From assembly GCF_035084215.1 (NCBI RefSeq), contig NC_090325.1, positions 162,440,001 through 162,504,000 of the forward strand: a DNA stretch of 64,000 nucleotides, read 5' to 3'. The position numbers and the translations under genes are program-made. Each line of letters begins with the position of its first letter. Position 1 is the stretch's first letter. Under the pieces are notes generated by a model that saw only the letters and a list, made by a program, of their open reading frames with translations, searched no databases and was not told where the DNA came from. Positions 12,858 through 26,382 of this stretch are shown here, piece after piece. This stretch comes from Heptranchias perlo. Taxonomy: Eukaryota.

Positions 12858-13518
12858 GGTGGTGAAGAAGGCATTCGGCATGCTTGGTTTCATTGGTCAG
12901 AACATTGAATACAGGAGTTGGGATGTCTTGTTGAAGTTGTACAAGACATTAGTAAGGCCACACTTGGAATACTGTGTACAGTTCTGGTCACCCTATTATA
13001 GAAAGGATATTATTAAACTAGAAAGAGTGCAGAAAAGATTTACTAGGATGCTACCGGGACTTGATGGTTTGACTTATAGGGAGAGGTTAGATAGACTGGG
13101 ACTTTTTTCCCTGGAGAGTAGGAGGTTAAGGGGTGATCTTATAGAAGTCTATAAAATAATGAGGGGCATAGATAAGGTAGATAGTCAAAATCTTTTCCCA
13201 AAGGTAGGGGAGTCTATAACGAGGGGACATAGATTTAAGGTGAGAGGGGAGAGATACAAAAGGGTCCAGAGGGGCAATTTTTTCACTCAAAGGATGGTGA
13301 GTGTCTGGAACGAGCTGCCGGAGGCAGTAGTAGAGGCGGGTACAATTTTGTCTTTTAAAAAGCATTTGGACAGTTACATGGGTAAGCTGGGTATAGAGGG
13401 ATATGGGCCAAGTGCAGGCAATTGGGACTAGCTTAGTGGTATAAACTGGGCGGCATGGACATGTTGGGCCGAAGGGCCTGTTTCCATGTTGTAACTTCTA
13501 TGATTCTATGATTCTATA
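12858..13518 (+). mobile_element. 5'-truncated CR1
   Basis: Open 190-aa ORF2 C-terminus ending GYGPSAGNWD*; (ATTCTATG)n tail at ~13497-13517. Confidence 0.9.
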
Positions 13519-14561
13519 ATTTTTGGTTTTCCTTGATTTCACTTGCCGGTATTTTTTCTTGCCCTCTCTTTGATTTCCTAATTCCCTTTTTAATTTCACC
13601 CCTGCACTTTCTATATACTCTAGGCTTTCTGCAGTATTGAGCTCTCAGTATCTAATGTAAACATCCCTTTTTGCTGTGTCCTACCCTGTATGCTCCTTGT
13701 CATCCAAGAGACTCTTGATTTGGCAGTCCCACCTTTTTTCTTTGTGGGGACATGTTTATTCTGAACCCGCACAATCTCTCCTTGAATGCCTCCCACTGCT
13801 CTGACACTGATTTACCTTCAAGTAGCTGTTTCCAGTCCACTTTTGCGAAATCACTTCTCAGCTTAGTAAAATTGTCCTTTCCCCAATTGAGAACTTTTAC
13901 TCCTGTTCTATTCTTGTCCTTTTCCATAACTATGCTAAATCTAACTGAATTATTATCACTATCACCAAAATGCTATCCCACTGATACTCCTTCCACCTGC
14001 CCAGCTTTATTCCCTAAAACTAAATCCAGAACTGCCCCCCTTTTGTTGGGCTTGCTATGTACTGGCTAAAAAAGTTCTCCTGGATGCAATTTAAGAATTC
14101 TGCACCCTCTACAGCTTTTACACTGCATGTATCCCAGTTAATATTAGGGCAGTTGAAATCCCCTACTATTACTGTCCTATTGTTTTTGCACTTCTCAGAA
14201 ATTTGCCTACATATTTGTTCTTCCATCTCTCTCTGACTGTTTTGGGGTCTATAGTGCGCTCCCAGCGGTGTGATTGCCCCTTTTTTGTACTTTAGCTCAA
14301 CCTATATGGCCTCATTTGATGATCCTTCTAACATATCATATCTCCTCACAGCTGTTATTGTTTTCTTAACCAATATTGCCACCCCCCCTCCTTTTTTATC
14401 CCCCTCTCTATCTCGCCTGAAACCCAGTAACCAGGAATGTTGAGCTGCCATTCCCGTCCCTCTTTTAGCCATGTTTCAGTATTAGCTAAGATATCAAACT
14501 TCCACTTGTCGATCTGTGCCCTTTGCTCATCTGCCTTATTCACTAGACTCCTTACATTAAG

Positions 14562-15456
14562 CAGTGAACAGTGAGGAGGATAGTGATAGACTTCACGAAG
14601 ATATAGACAGGCTGGTTGCATCGACGGACAGGTGGCAGATGAAATTTAACACACAGAAATGCGAGGGGATGCATTTCGGTAGGAAGGACGAGGAGAGGCA
14701 ATATAAACTAGAGTGCACAACTCTAAAAGGGGTACAGGAACACAGAGATCTGGGGGTATATGTACTCAAATCATTGAAGGTGGCAGGGCAGGTTGAGAAA
14801 GCGGTTAAAAAAGCATACAGGGTCCTGGGCTTTATAAATAGAGGCAGAGAGTACAAAAGCAAGGAAGTCACGATGAACCTTTATAAAACACTGGTTCGGC
14901 CACAACTGGAGTATTGTGTCCATTTCTGGGCACCGTACTTCAGGAAAGATGTGAAGGCCTTGGATAGAGTGCAGTAGAGATTTACTAGAATGATTCCAGG
15001 GATGAGGGACTTTAGTTACGTGGATAGACTGGAGAAGCTGGGGTTGTTCTCCTTGGAACAGAGATGTTTGCGAGGAGATTTGATAGAGGTATTCAAAATC
15101 ATGAAGGGTGTAGACAGAGTAGATAGAGAGAAATTGTTCCCATTGGCGGAAGGGTCAAATACCAGAGGGCATAAATTTAAGGTGATTGGCAAAAGAACCA
15201 AAGGTGACATGAGGAAAAACTTTTGTACACAACGAGTGGTTAGGATCTGGAATGCACTGCCTGAGGGGGTGGTAGAGGCAGATTCAATCCTGGCCTGCAA
15301 AAGGGAACTGGAGAAGTACTTGAAAGGAAAAAAATTGCAGGGCTACTGGAATAGGGTGGGGGAGTGGGACTAGCTGGATTGCTCTTGCATAGAGCCGGCA
15401 CGGACTCGATAGGTCGAATGGCCTCCTTCCGTGCTGTATCCTTTCTATGATTCTAA
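14562..15456 (+). mobile_element. 5'-truncated CR1
   Basis: ORFs 14564-14977 and 14990-15373 (RT C-terminus); TTCTATGATTCTA tail. Confidence 0.9.
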
Positions 15457-15514
15457 GCACTGTCAAACTCTTCTGGCTGTTCTCCTTTCCCCGCAGAATG
15501 TTCTGCACCCTCTC

Positions 15515-16210
15515 CGTCATGGTTGAATAGCTGCCATTGTGTGTGTGAGATATGAGTTGCAGGAGTGATGTTTGTAATCGTGCTGAGAGTGTGAGGATGA
15601 AATAAAGAATATTGTGAAGTGCTGTGCTGATTGGAGCAGAGTGCATGGTGCTGGGAGAGCGGATTGGTGTGAGTGCTGCAATTAATGAGGCTGTGAGTGG
15701 TGCAGCTGTGACGAGAAGGTATTTGAACAGTGCTCTTACCTTGACAACTCTAGTCAAATCATTGAACTTCTTGTGGCACTGCATCAACGATCTGGGAGCA
15801 ATGCTCCTGGCATTGACCTTATTGGTGATCTCCTCCCACTGCCTCCTCATCATCAGCCTGGAGGGATTCCTGCCCCCTGGGGGATAAAGGATGTCCCTCC
15901 TCCTCTCCACTTCCTGCACCAAGACCTCCATTGCAGCATCAGAGAACCTTGGTGCCCACTCCCTCCCAACTTCAGCCATTTCAGTCTTTCACACAGCAGA
16001 TCCTCACAGCATTTCTCATAGCCAGAATCCATCTCCCCATTAAATAGTGTGGCGTCCTCTCAATATCGCCCCCCCCCCCCACATCCGACAGGCACGCACC
16101 CACTGCATGGGTAGGCCTGGCTCCATGCACAGATCATTAAGATTTGCAGGCCACACGGATTTCAAGCTAACAACTAGTGCAGGTTATTGCCCCCACATCA
16201 TGCATTTCTA
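15515..16210 (-). mobile_element. Harbinger family C fragment with Myb/SANT exon (15979-15740)
   Basis: MAEVGREWAPRFSDAAMEVLVQEVERRRDILYP...QWEEITNKVN...QCHKKFNDLTRVVK followed by GTAAGA donor. Confidence 0.75.
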
Positions 16211-16747
16211 GGCCATTGTTCCTCCTGAATGGCTCTCTCCTTTTAATATGGCCAGCCTTATAACCTGGTTCTTGCTTTTTTGGCCTCCAAAGTCCAATCT
16301 TGTGTACAAGGCTTTTTTGATCAGTAAAACTTGTGGCACTTTAAGGGAGGGCAGTAATCCTTCAATAGCTGCTAGCACCCAGTATTCAGACCATCGACTC
16401 CATAGCACTCTCAGTGCTATGAGCCGGGAGAGCCACAAAAATACTTAATTGAGTTGACCTTGCATTATTGAACGATGCCAACTCAATGGGGCATTGGTTC
16501 AGACAGCACACAATTCACTGTGATCCTGGCGCCACTGTACAGGGAATGCACTATAGGCCCATTGCGTTGTCCCTTGACCCATACTGCTCATTTCGCTGGT
16601 CTAACATCTTAACCTGTCCACAGATCTATTATCTTCTGTGTAAACAACGTTCCACCTGATTACTTCTATCTTCATCATTTCTAGTCTGTGTCCCAGGTAT
16701 CTGAACCCTTCACCATAGTGAACAATTTGCCTGCACTCATTTTGTCT

Positions 16748-16924
16748 TGGCCCCACGCTCTGGAATTCCCTTCCTAAACTGCTCCACCTCCCTCTCCTCC
16801 TTTAAGCCCTCCTTAAAACTCAACTTTTGTCTCAGCATCCATTATTATCTGATTATGCTCTTGTGAAACACCTTGACACATTTTTCTATGCTAAAGGCAC
16901 AATATAAATGCAAGTTGTTGTTGT
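16748..16924 (+). mobile_element. L2 LINE 3' end fragment
   Basis: CTCTGGAATTCCCTTCCTAAA...TGTGAAACACCTTG...ATATAAATGCAAGTTGTTGTTG resembles a typical L2 3' terminus. Confidence 0.6.
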
Positions 16925-17285
16925 CGGATCAATTTTGTCAATCTCCATAAACTTGAAAACTTCAATTTGATAAAACAAAGATAAATTCTGGCTTCACATT
17001 TTGTAGCAGGATTCTCACGAGCAGTTTACATAATTATTTAAGTAGGCAAATACCGGGAAAACCCCAAATATTAACCTTCTGTCAGAGCACAGGATATGCA
17101 AAATAACATATCAGCAGATGTTTGGGTATAAAGTGCTGCCATTTCCTGGCTCTACCGCACAGAAGCATTTCTGTAGACTGCATTTAGACACTTTGCTATT
17201 TCCAAAACCTTAGCGACTCCCACAAGGTAACTCAGAATGAAAGAAGCTATGAGGACTTTTATAACGTTTAAACAGATAAAAATAA

Positions 17286-17930
17286 GGGGCAATTTAAAAC
17301 TGCCCAGCAGAATCTAAGCGTGAGGGCAATTAAAATCACCCACTGGACGTACCCACCGAGTTGGATTTCTTCCCACAAGTTCCAATTTTATCCTGCTCTT
17401 CTGAGCAGGTGAGAAAGACACACGCCAGCAACCAACGGGATCCTTCTTTAAATATGACATCACCGGGGCCCAACTGCTATTTTAACCAGAGGCCTGCATG
17501 GGGAAGCCATTGTGGTTTTCCTAGCAGGCCAACCTAGCGGGAAGAGGAGTTGGAGCCAGAAGAGGCTTAAAAAAGTTAAGTCTTTCTTTTTTTCTACTTT
17601 GTGGGTCCAGGACGAGCAGTAGGCCCCATAAGGAAAATTTGGGCCTCCGCTGCCTTGGGCTTCTCCCCCACCCCTGATCGTGAAGCCCTCCCAACACCCT
17701 TCCCATAACTTACCTGGGAGCTGGGGACCATTCCTTCGGCCTCCTGCCATCCAACATTGCGCTTCAGCCCGCCAGCCAGCTGCCACTTCCCACTGATTTT
17801 GGGTGGGAGACTGACTGATTCTTTACAGATCAGGCCCAGGAGTTAAAATCATCCGGGCCCCACGCCACCGAGGTTGGAACTGTTTGCTGCCCGCCTCACC
17901 CCTCGCCTGCCCCAAGTTACAATCGGGTCT
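17286..17930. mobile_element. Probable MITE / non-autonomous DNA element
   Basis: GC-rich noncoding block with imperfect TIR-like ends (GGGGCAATTTAAAAC ... GTTACAATCGGGTC), similar in style to the other MITEs here. Confidence 0.45.
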
Positions 17931-18195
17931 ATAGGGTGCTGGGAGTAGTTATAATAATCATAAGCTTCCTAGTTGCCTTGTGAATAAAGGCATTGTCTGG
18001 TGTAGCATGAAGCCATTCAGAACAGAATGTCATAGGTTGAATTCCTGATCTGTGCTCAGTTAGCTGGTCTCAGCTGGCCAGCATTCTTCTCAGTGCCCCT
18101 GGAATAAAAGGGAAAAATAATCTAAGGCTCCCGCTGATTAAATTTCTTTCTGGTATGTATAGACTGGATTAAACTCAACAATGATGTCCCCAACA

Positions 18196-18645
18196 AAGAA
18201 AGAAAGAACTTGCATTTACATAGCACCTTTCATGATCTCAGGATGTCCCAAAGTGCTTTACAGCCAATGAAGTACTTTTGAAGTGTAGTCACTGTTGTAA
18301 TGTAGGAAAGGCGGCAGTCAACTTGTGCACAGCAAGGTCCCACAAACAGTGATGTGATAATGACCAGATAATCTGAATTAGTGACGTTGGTTTAGAGATA
18401 AATATTGGCCAGGATACCAGGGAGAACTCCCCTACACTTCCTCAAAATAGCACCATAGGATCTTATACATCCACCTCAGAGGGCACCTTGGTTTAACATC
18501 TTATCTGAGAGACAGCACAGCACTCCCTCAGTACTGCACTGAAGTTTTAGCCTAGACTTTGTGCTCAGGTGTCCAGGTTGGGACTTGAACCTTAGACTCT
18601 TCTGACTCAGGTGAGAGTGCAACCAACTGAGCCACAGCTGACACC
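18196..18645 (-). mobile_element. tRNA-derived Deu-domain SINE (SacSINE1-like), probably inserted into an older SINE (~17990-18190, ~18670-18700)
   Basis: On -: tRNA-like head with GGTTCAAGTCCC B-box, Deu-like core and L2-type tail ending (TTTC)n; family recognised from memory of shark SINEs. Confidence 0.7.
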
Positions 18646-19159
18646 ATCGTTGAAGGGCTTGATGATATTCACTGTCTAGGCTGATTTGAAAAACAATCTC
18701 TTGGATCAGGTTCTGGAGGGCAGCTGAAAGGAGAAAAACTGCCAACAAGACAGGAATCTTGTCAATACCATCAGATAATGCAAATGTGCTTGATCTGCAT
18801 CTACATGTAAAGGTGCAATTTTGACACCAGCACAGTCGAAAAATGTATTATTTTTATGATGAATGTGCTAGCGAACAAAATTTACAGCCGGTGTCAGTGT
18901 TCCCAAGATAAATCACATTTGTGTTTCCACCAGCTAATAAAGGGAGGGTCTAAGTGATAGATTTCATCACAAGAATGTGTACTTGTAAGAGGATTTATAC
19001 CTCAAGTACTTCATCTACTGAAAAATAACAAAACTCATCCAACCATTCCAAGTAGATTGAAGAGACAAGCAATAACGCCGTTAAACTCAAAATCATCTGC
19101 TGTAGTGATTGAACTACAGGGCTGCCTGTTGCAGCACTGTATCGCCTCCAAATTTCCAA

Positions 19160-20252
19160 CAGCCCTCATAAAAATTAAAGCCCATGGGATTAAAGGGACA
19201 GTGGCATTGTGGATACAAAATTGGCTAGGGGACAGTAAACAGAGAGTAGTGGTGAACGGTTGTTTTTCAGACTGGGGGAAGTACACAATGGTGTTCCTCA
19301 GGAGTCAGTATTAGGACTGCTCTTTTAATGCTGTTAATGACCTGGACCTGGGTACAGAGGATATAATTTCAAAGATTGCAGCTGACACAAAACTCAGAAA
19401 TGTAGTAAACAATGTGGAGGATAGTAACAGACTTCAGGAGGACAGAGACAGACTGGTGAAATAAGCAGACACGTGGCAGATGAAATTTAACACAGAGAAG
19501 TGTGAGGGGATGCATTTTGGTAGGAAGAATGAGGAGAGACAATATAAACGAAATGGTACAATTTTAAAGGGGATGCAGGAACAGAGAGACCTGGGGGTGC
19601 ACATACACAAATCTTTGAAGGTGTCAGGACAAGTTGAGAAGGCTGTTAAAAAAGCATATGGGATCCTGAGCTTTATTAATAGAGGCATAGAGTACAAAAG
19701 CAAGGAAGTTATGCTAAACCTTTATAAATCACTGGTTAGGCCTTAGCTGGTTCAATTCTGGGCACCACAATTTAGGAAGGATGTCAAGGACTTAGAGACA
19801 GTACAGAAGAGATTTACTGGAAAGGTGCCAGAGATGAGGGGTCATGTGGACAGACTGGAAAGCTGGGGTTGTTCTAAGAAGGTTAAGGGGAGATTTGATA
19901 GAGGTGTTCAAAATCATGAACGGTTTTGACAGAGTAAATAAGGAGAAACTGTTTCCAGTGGCAGAAGGGTCAGGAACCAAAGGACACAGATTTAATGTGA
20001 TCGGCAAAAGAGCCAGAGGTGACATGAGGAAACATTTTTTTACGCAGCGAGTTGTAACGATTTGGAATGCACCCAGATTCAACGGTAACTTTCAAAAGGG
20101 AATTGGATAAATACTTGAAGGGAAAAAATGTACAGGGCTATGGGGAAAGAGCATGGGAAAGGGACTAAATGGATAGCTCTTTCAAAGAGCCGGCACAGGC
20201 ACGATGGGCGGAATGGCCTCCTCCTGTGCTGCACCTACTGTGATACTATGAT
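19160..20252 (+). mobile_element. CR1 fragment, decayed
   Basis: KIKAHGIKG..WIQNWL, MKFNTEKCEGMHFG, FTQRVV; 3' UTR and tail at ~20240. Confidence 0.88.
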
Positions 20253-20394
20253 ACAATGAAAAAGTCACACTCAATAACTGAGCTGCAACTGTGGAACAAA
20301 GCATTTAACTTCTAAGTTCTTAACGGTGAGAAAAATGCTTCCAGACTTCTTGGAATATATGAACCCAGGAGCAGAGGTTAAAGGGAAGGTCTGG

Positions 20395-21283
20395 AATGTT
20401 CAGTTCCATTCGCAACCCCTCAGATAATGAAGCAGTCCGTGCCCGCATGCAGCAAGACCTGGACAACATCCAGGCTTGGGCTCATAAGTGGCAAGTAACA
20501 TTCGCGCCAGACAAGTGCCAGGCAATGACCATCTCCAACAAGAGAGAGTCTAACTACCTCCCCTTGACATTCAACGGCATTACCATCGCCAAATCCCCCA
20601 CCATCAACATCCTGGGGGTCACCATTGACCAGAAAATTAACTGGACCAGCCACATAAATACTGTGGCTACAAGAGCAGGTCAGAGGCTGGGTATTCTGCG
20701 GCAAGTGACTCACCTCCTGACTCCCCAAAGCCTTTCCACCATCTACAAGGCACAAGTCAGGAGTGTGATGGAATACTCTCCACTTGCCTGGATGAGTGCA
20801 GCTCCAACAACACTCAAGAAGCTCGACACCATGCAGGACAAAGCAGCCCGCTTGATTGGCACCCCATCCACCACCCTAAACATTCACTCCCTTCACCATC
20901 AGCGCACTGTGGCTGCAGTGTGCACCATCCACAGGATGCACTGCAGCAACTCGCCAAGGCTTCTTCGACAGCACCTCCCAAACCCGCGACCTCCACCACC
21001 TAGAAGGACAAGAGCAGCAGGTACATGGGAACAACACCACCTGCACGTTCCCCTCCAAGTCACACACCATCCCGACTTGGAAATATATCGCCGTTCCTTC
21101 ATCGTCGCTGGGTCAAACTCCTGGAAATCCCTTCCTAACAATACTGTGGGAGAACCTTCACCACACGGACTGCAGCGGTTCAAGAAGGCGGCTCACCACC
21201 ACCTTCTCAAGGGCAATTAGGGATGGGCAATAAATGCTGGCCTTGCCAGCGACGCCCACATCCCATGAACGATTAAAAAAAAA
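20395..21283 (+). mobile_element. CR1-group LINE family B, 3' end with A tail
   Basis: ORF 20396-21220 ending HHHLLKGN*; 3' UTR with AATAAA and an A-run at ~21275-21283. Confidence 0.88.
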
Positions 21284-21420
21284 CTCAGAACCTTTGCTCA
21301 CTGTACTGTCTCCAACTCTTCTCTGCAGATTTGTAAACGAGCCTTTGTTTTTCACTGCCATTTCTAAATCTCATGTGAATAGCAAAAGACTGAAAAATGC
21401 CGCCCAAGTCCCTCAACACG

Positions 21421-24400
21421 ATACACACTGCAACCACCTCCCTCACCACTAAACACAGTGCAACTACCCCCCTCACCACTAAACACACTGCAACCACCTC
21501 CCTCACCACCAGAATCACTGCAACCACCTCCCTCACCACTAAACACAGTGCAACCACCCCCCTCACCACCAGAATCACTGCAACCACCTCCCTCACCACC
21601 AGAATCACTGCAACCACCTTCCTCACCACTAAACACAGTGCAACTACCCCCATCACCACTAAACACAGTGCAACCACCTCCCTCACCACCAGAATTACTG
21701 CAACCACCTCCCTCACCACTAAACACACTGCAACCACCTCCCTCACCACTAAACACAGTGCAACCACCTCCCTCACCACTAAACACAGTGCAACCACCCC
21801 CCTCACCACTAAACACACTGCAACCACCTCCCTCACCACCAGAATCACTGCAACCACCTCCCTCACCACTAAACACACTGCAACCACCTCCCTCACGACT
21901 AAACACACTGCAACCACCTCCCTCACCACTAAACACACTGCAACCACCTCTCTCAACACCAGAATCACTGCAACCACCTCCCTCACCACTAAACACACTG
22001 CAACCACCTCCCTCACGACTAAACACACTGCAACCACCTCCCTCAACACCAGAATCACTGCAACCACCTCCCTCACCACTAAACACACTGCAACCACCTC
22101 CCTCACGACTAAACACACTGCAACCACCTCCCTCAACACCAGAATCACTGCAACCACCTCCCTCACCACTAAACACACTGCAACCACCTCCCTCACGACG
22201 AAACACACTGCAACCACCTCCCTCAACACCAGAATCACTGCAACCACCTCCCTCACCACTAAACACACTGCAACCACCTCCCTCACCAGTAAACACACTG
22301 CAACCACCTCCCTCACCACCAGAATCACTGCAACCACCTCCCTCACCACCAGAATCACTGCCACCACCTCCCTCACAACCAAACACACTGCAACCACCTC
22401 CCTCACCACCAGAATCACTGCAACCACCTCCCTCACCACCAAACACACTGCAACCACCTCCCTCACCACCAGACTCACTGCAACCACCTCCCTCACCACC
22501 AGAATCACTGCGACCACCTCCCTCACCACCAGAATCACTGCAACCACCTCCCTCACCACCAAACACACTGCAACCACCTCCCTCACCACCAAACACACTG
22601 CAACCACCTCCCTCACCACCAGACTCACTGCAACCACCTCCCTCACCACCAGAATCACTGCGACCACCTCCCTCACCACCAGACTCACTGCAACCACCTC
22701 CCTCACCACCAGACACACTGCAACCACCTCCCTCACCACTAAACACACTGCAACCACCTCCCTCACCATTAAACACACTGCAACCACCTCCCTCACCACC
22801 AGACTCACTGCGACCACCTCCCTCACCACCAGAATCACTGCAACCACCTCCCTCACAACCAAACACACTGCAACCACCTCCCTCACCACCAGAATCACTG
22901 CAACCACCTCCCTCACCACCAGACTCACTGCAACCACCTCCCTCACCACCAAACACACTGCAACCACCTCCCTCACCACTAAACACACTGCAACCACCTC
23001 CCTCACCATTAAACACACTGCAACCACCTCCCTCACCACTAAACACACTGCAACCACCTCCCTCACCACTAAACTCACTGCAACCACCTCCCTCACCACC
23101 AGAATCACTGCAACCACCTCCCTCACCATTAAACACACTGCAACCACCTCCCTCACCACGAAACAAACTGCAACCACCTCCCTCACCACCAGAATCACTG
23201 CGACCACCTCCCTCACCACCAGAATCACTGCAACCACCTCCCTCACCACCAGAATCACTGCGACCACCTCCCTCACCACCAGACTCACTGCAACCACCTC
23301 CCTCACCACCAGACTCACTGCAACCACCTCCCTCACCACCAGACTCACTGCAACCACCTCCCTCACCACCAGTCTCACTGCAACCACCTCCCTCACCACC
23401 AAACACACTGCAACCACCTCCCTCACCACCAGACTCACTGCAACCACCTCCCTCACAACCAAACACACTGCAACCACCTCCCTCACCACCAGAATCACTG
23501 CCACCACCTCCCTCACCACCAGACTCACTGCAACCACCTCCCTCACAACCAAACACACTGCAACCACCTCCCTCACCACCAGACTCACTGCAACCACCTC
23601 CCTCACCACTAAACACACTGCAACCACCTCCCTCACCACCAAACACACTGCAACCACCTCCCTCACCACCAGACTCACTGCAACCACCTCTCTCACCACC
23701 AAACACACTGCAACCACCTCCCTCACCACCAGACTCACTGCAACCACCTCCCTCACCACCAAACACACTGCAACCACCTCCCTCACCACCAGACTCACTG
23801 CAACCACCTCTCTCACCACCAAACACACTGCAACCACCTCCCTCACCACCAAACACACTGCAACCACCTCCCTCACCACCAGACTCACTGCAACCACCTC
23901 CCTCACCACCAAACACACTGCAACCACCTCCCTCACCACCAGAATCACTGCCACCACCTCCCTCACCACCAGACTCACTGCAACCACCTCCCTTACAACC
24001 AAACACACTGCAACCACCTCCCTCACCACCAGAATCACTGCCACCACCTCCCTCACCACCAGACTCACTGCAACCACCTCCCTCACCACCAGACTCACTG
24101 CAACCACCTCCCTCACCACCAGACTCACTGCAACCACCTCCCTCACCACCAGACTCACTGCAACCACCTCCCTCACAACCAAACACACTGCAACCACCTC
24201 CCTCACCACCAGAATCACTGCAACCACCTCCCTCACCACTAAACACACTGCAACCACCTCCCTCACCACCAGAATCACTGCAACCACCTCCCTCACAACT
24301 AAACAAACTGCAACCACCTCCCTCAACACAAAACACACTGCAACCACCTCCCTCACCACCAGAATCACTGCCACCACCTCCCTCACCACCAGAATCACTG

Positions 24401-26382
24401 CAACCACCTCCCTCACCACCAGACACACTGCAACCACCTCCCTCAACACCAGAATCACTGCGACCACCTCCCTCACCACCAGAATCACTGCTACCACCTC
24501 CCTCACCACCAGACTCACTGCAACCACCTCCCTCACCACCAGACACACTGCAACCACCTCCCTCACCACTAAACACACTGCAACCACCTCCCTCACCACC
24601 AGAATCACTGCGACCACCTCCCTCACCACCAAACACACTGCAACCACCTCCCTCACCACCAGACTCACTGCAACCACCTCCCTCACCACCAGACTCACTG
24701 CAACCACCTCCCTCACAACTAAACAAACTGCAACCACCTCCCTCAACACAAAACACAGTGCAACCACCTCCCTCACCACCAGACTCACTGCAACCACCTC
24801 CCTCACCACCAGAATCACTGCAACCACCTCCCTCACCACTAAACAAACTGCAACCACCTCCCTCAACACAAAACACACTGCAACCACCTCCCTCACCACT
24901 AAACACACTGCAACCACCTCCCTCACCACCAGACTCACTGCAACCACCTCCCTCACCACCAGAATCACTGCAACCACCTCCCTCACCACTAAACACAGTG
25001 CAACCACCCCCCCTCACCACTAAACACACTGCAACCACCTCCCTCACCACTAAACAAACTGCAACCACCCCCCTCACCACTAAACACACTGCAACCACCT
25101 CCCTCACCACCAGAATCACTGCAACCACCTCCCTCACCACTAAACACATTGCAACCACCTCCCTCACCACCAGAATCACTGCAACCACCCCCCCTCACCA
25201 CTAAACACACTGCAACCACCCCCCTCACCACTAAACACACTGCAACCACCTCCCTCACCACCAGACTCACTGCAACCACCTCCCTCACCACCAGAATCAC
25301 TGCAACCACCTCCCTCACAACTAAACAAACTGCAACCACCTCCCTCACCACCAGAATCACTGCAACCACCTCCCTCACCACCAGACTCACTGCTACCACC
25401 TCCCTCACCACCAGAATCACTGCGACCACCTCCCTCACCACCAGACACACTGCAACCACCTCCCTCACCACCAGACTCACTGCTACCACCTCCCTCACCA
25501 CCAGAATCACTGCAACCACCTCCCTCACCACCAGAATCACTGCAACCACCTCCCTCACCACCAGAATCACTGCAACCACCTCCCTCACCACCAAACACAC
25601 TGCAACCACCTCCCTCACCACCAGACTCACTGCAACCACCTCCCTCACCACTAAACACACTGCAACCACCTCCCTCACCACTAAACACACTGCAACCACC
25701 TCCCTCACCACCAGACTCACTGCAACCACCTCCCTCACCACCAGACTCACTGCAACCACCTCCCTCACCACCACTCACTGCAACCACCTCCCTCACCACC
25801 AGACTCACTGCAACCACCTCCCTCACCACCAAACACACTGCAACCACCTCCCTCACCACCAGACTCACTGCAACCACCTCCCTCACCACCAGACTCACTG
25901 CAACCACCTCCCTCACCACCAAACACACTGCAACCACCTCCCTCACCACCAGACTCACTGCAACCACCTCCCTCACCACCAGAATCACTGCGACCACCTC
26001 CCTCACCACCAGAATCACTGCCACCACCTCCCTCACCACTAAACACACTGCAACCACCTCCCTCACCACAAAACACACTGCAACCACCTCCCTCACCACT
26101 AAACACACTGCAACCACCTCCCTCACCACCAGAATCACTGCAACCACCTCCCTCACCACTAAACACACTGCAACCACCTCCCTCACCACCAGAATCACTG
26201 CGACCACCTCCCTCACCACGAAACACACTGCAACCACCTCCCTCACCACTAAACACACTGCAACCACCTCCCTCACCACTAAACACACTGCAACCACCTC
26301 CCTCACCACCAGACTCACTGCAACCACCCCCCTCACCACTAAACACACTGCAACCACCTCCCTCACCACTAAACACACTGCA
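21421..26382. repeat. 30-bp minisatellite, ~165 units (CACTGCAACCACCTCCCTCACCAC-[TAAACA|CAAACA|CAGAAT|CAGACT])
   Basis: Direct 30-bp periodicity; three small indels (~25010, ~25190, ~25773). Confidence 0.97.

Larger units (their letters stand above)
9541..14560 (-). mobile_element. CR1 LINE, decayed, hosting three younger insertions
   Basis: Collinear minus-strand pieces 9541-10790, 11735-12260 and ~13520-14560 (RT, linker, endonuclease: GDFN, NTETW). Confidence 0.85.

Noticed and set aside
18778-18785. Octamer ATGCAAAT (also at 41085-41092) as a B-cell enhancer
   Set aside because: About two matches are expected by chance in 64 kb; no supporting context
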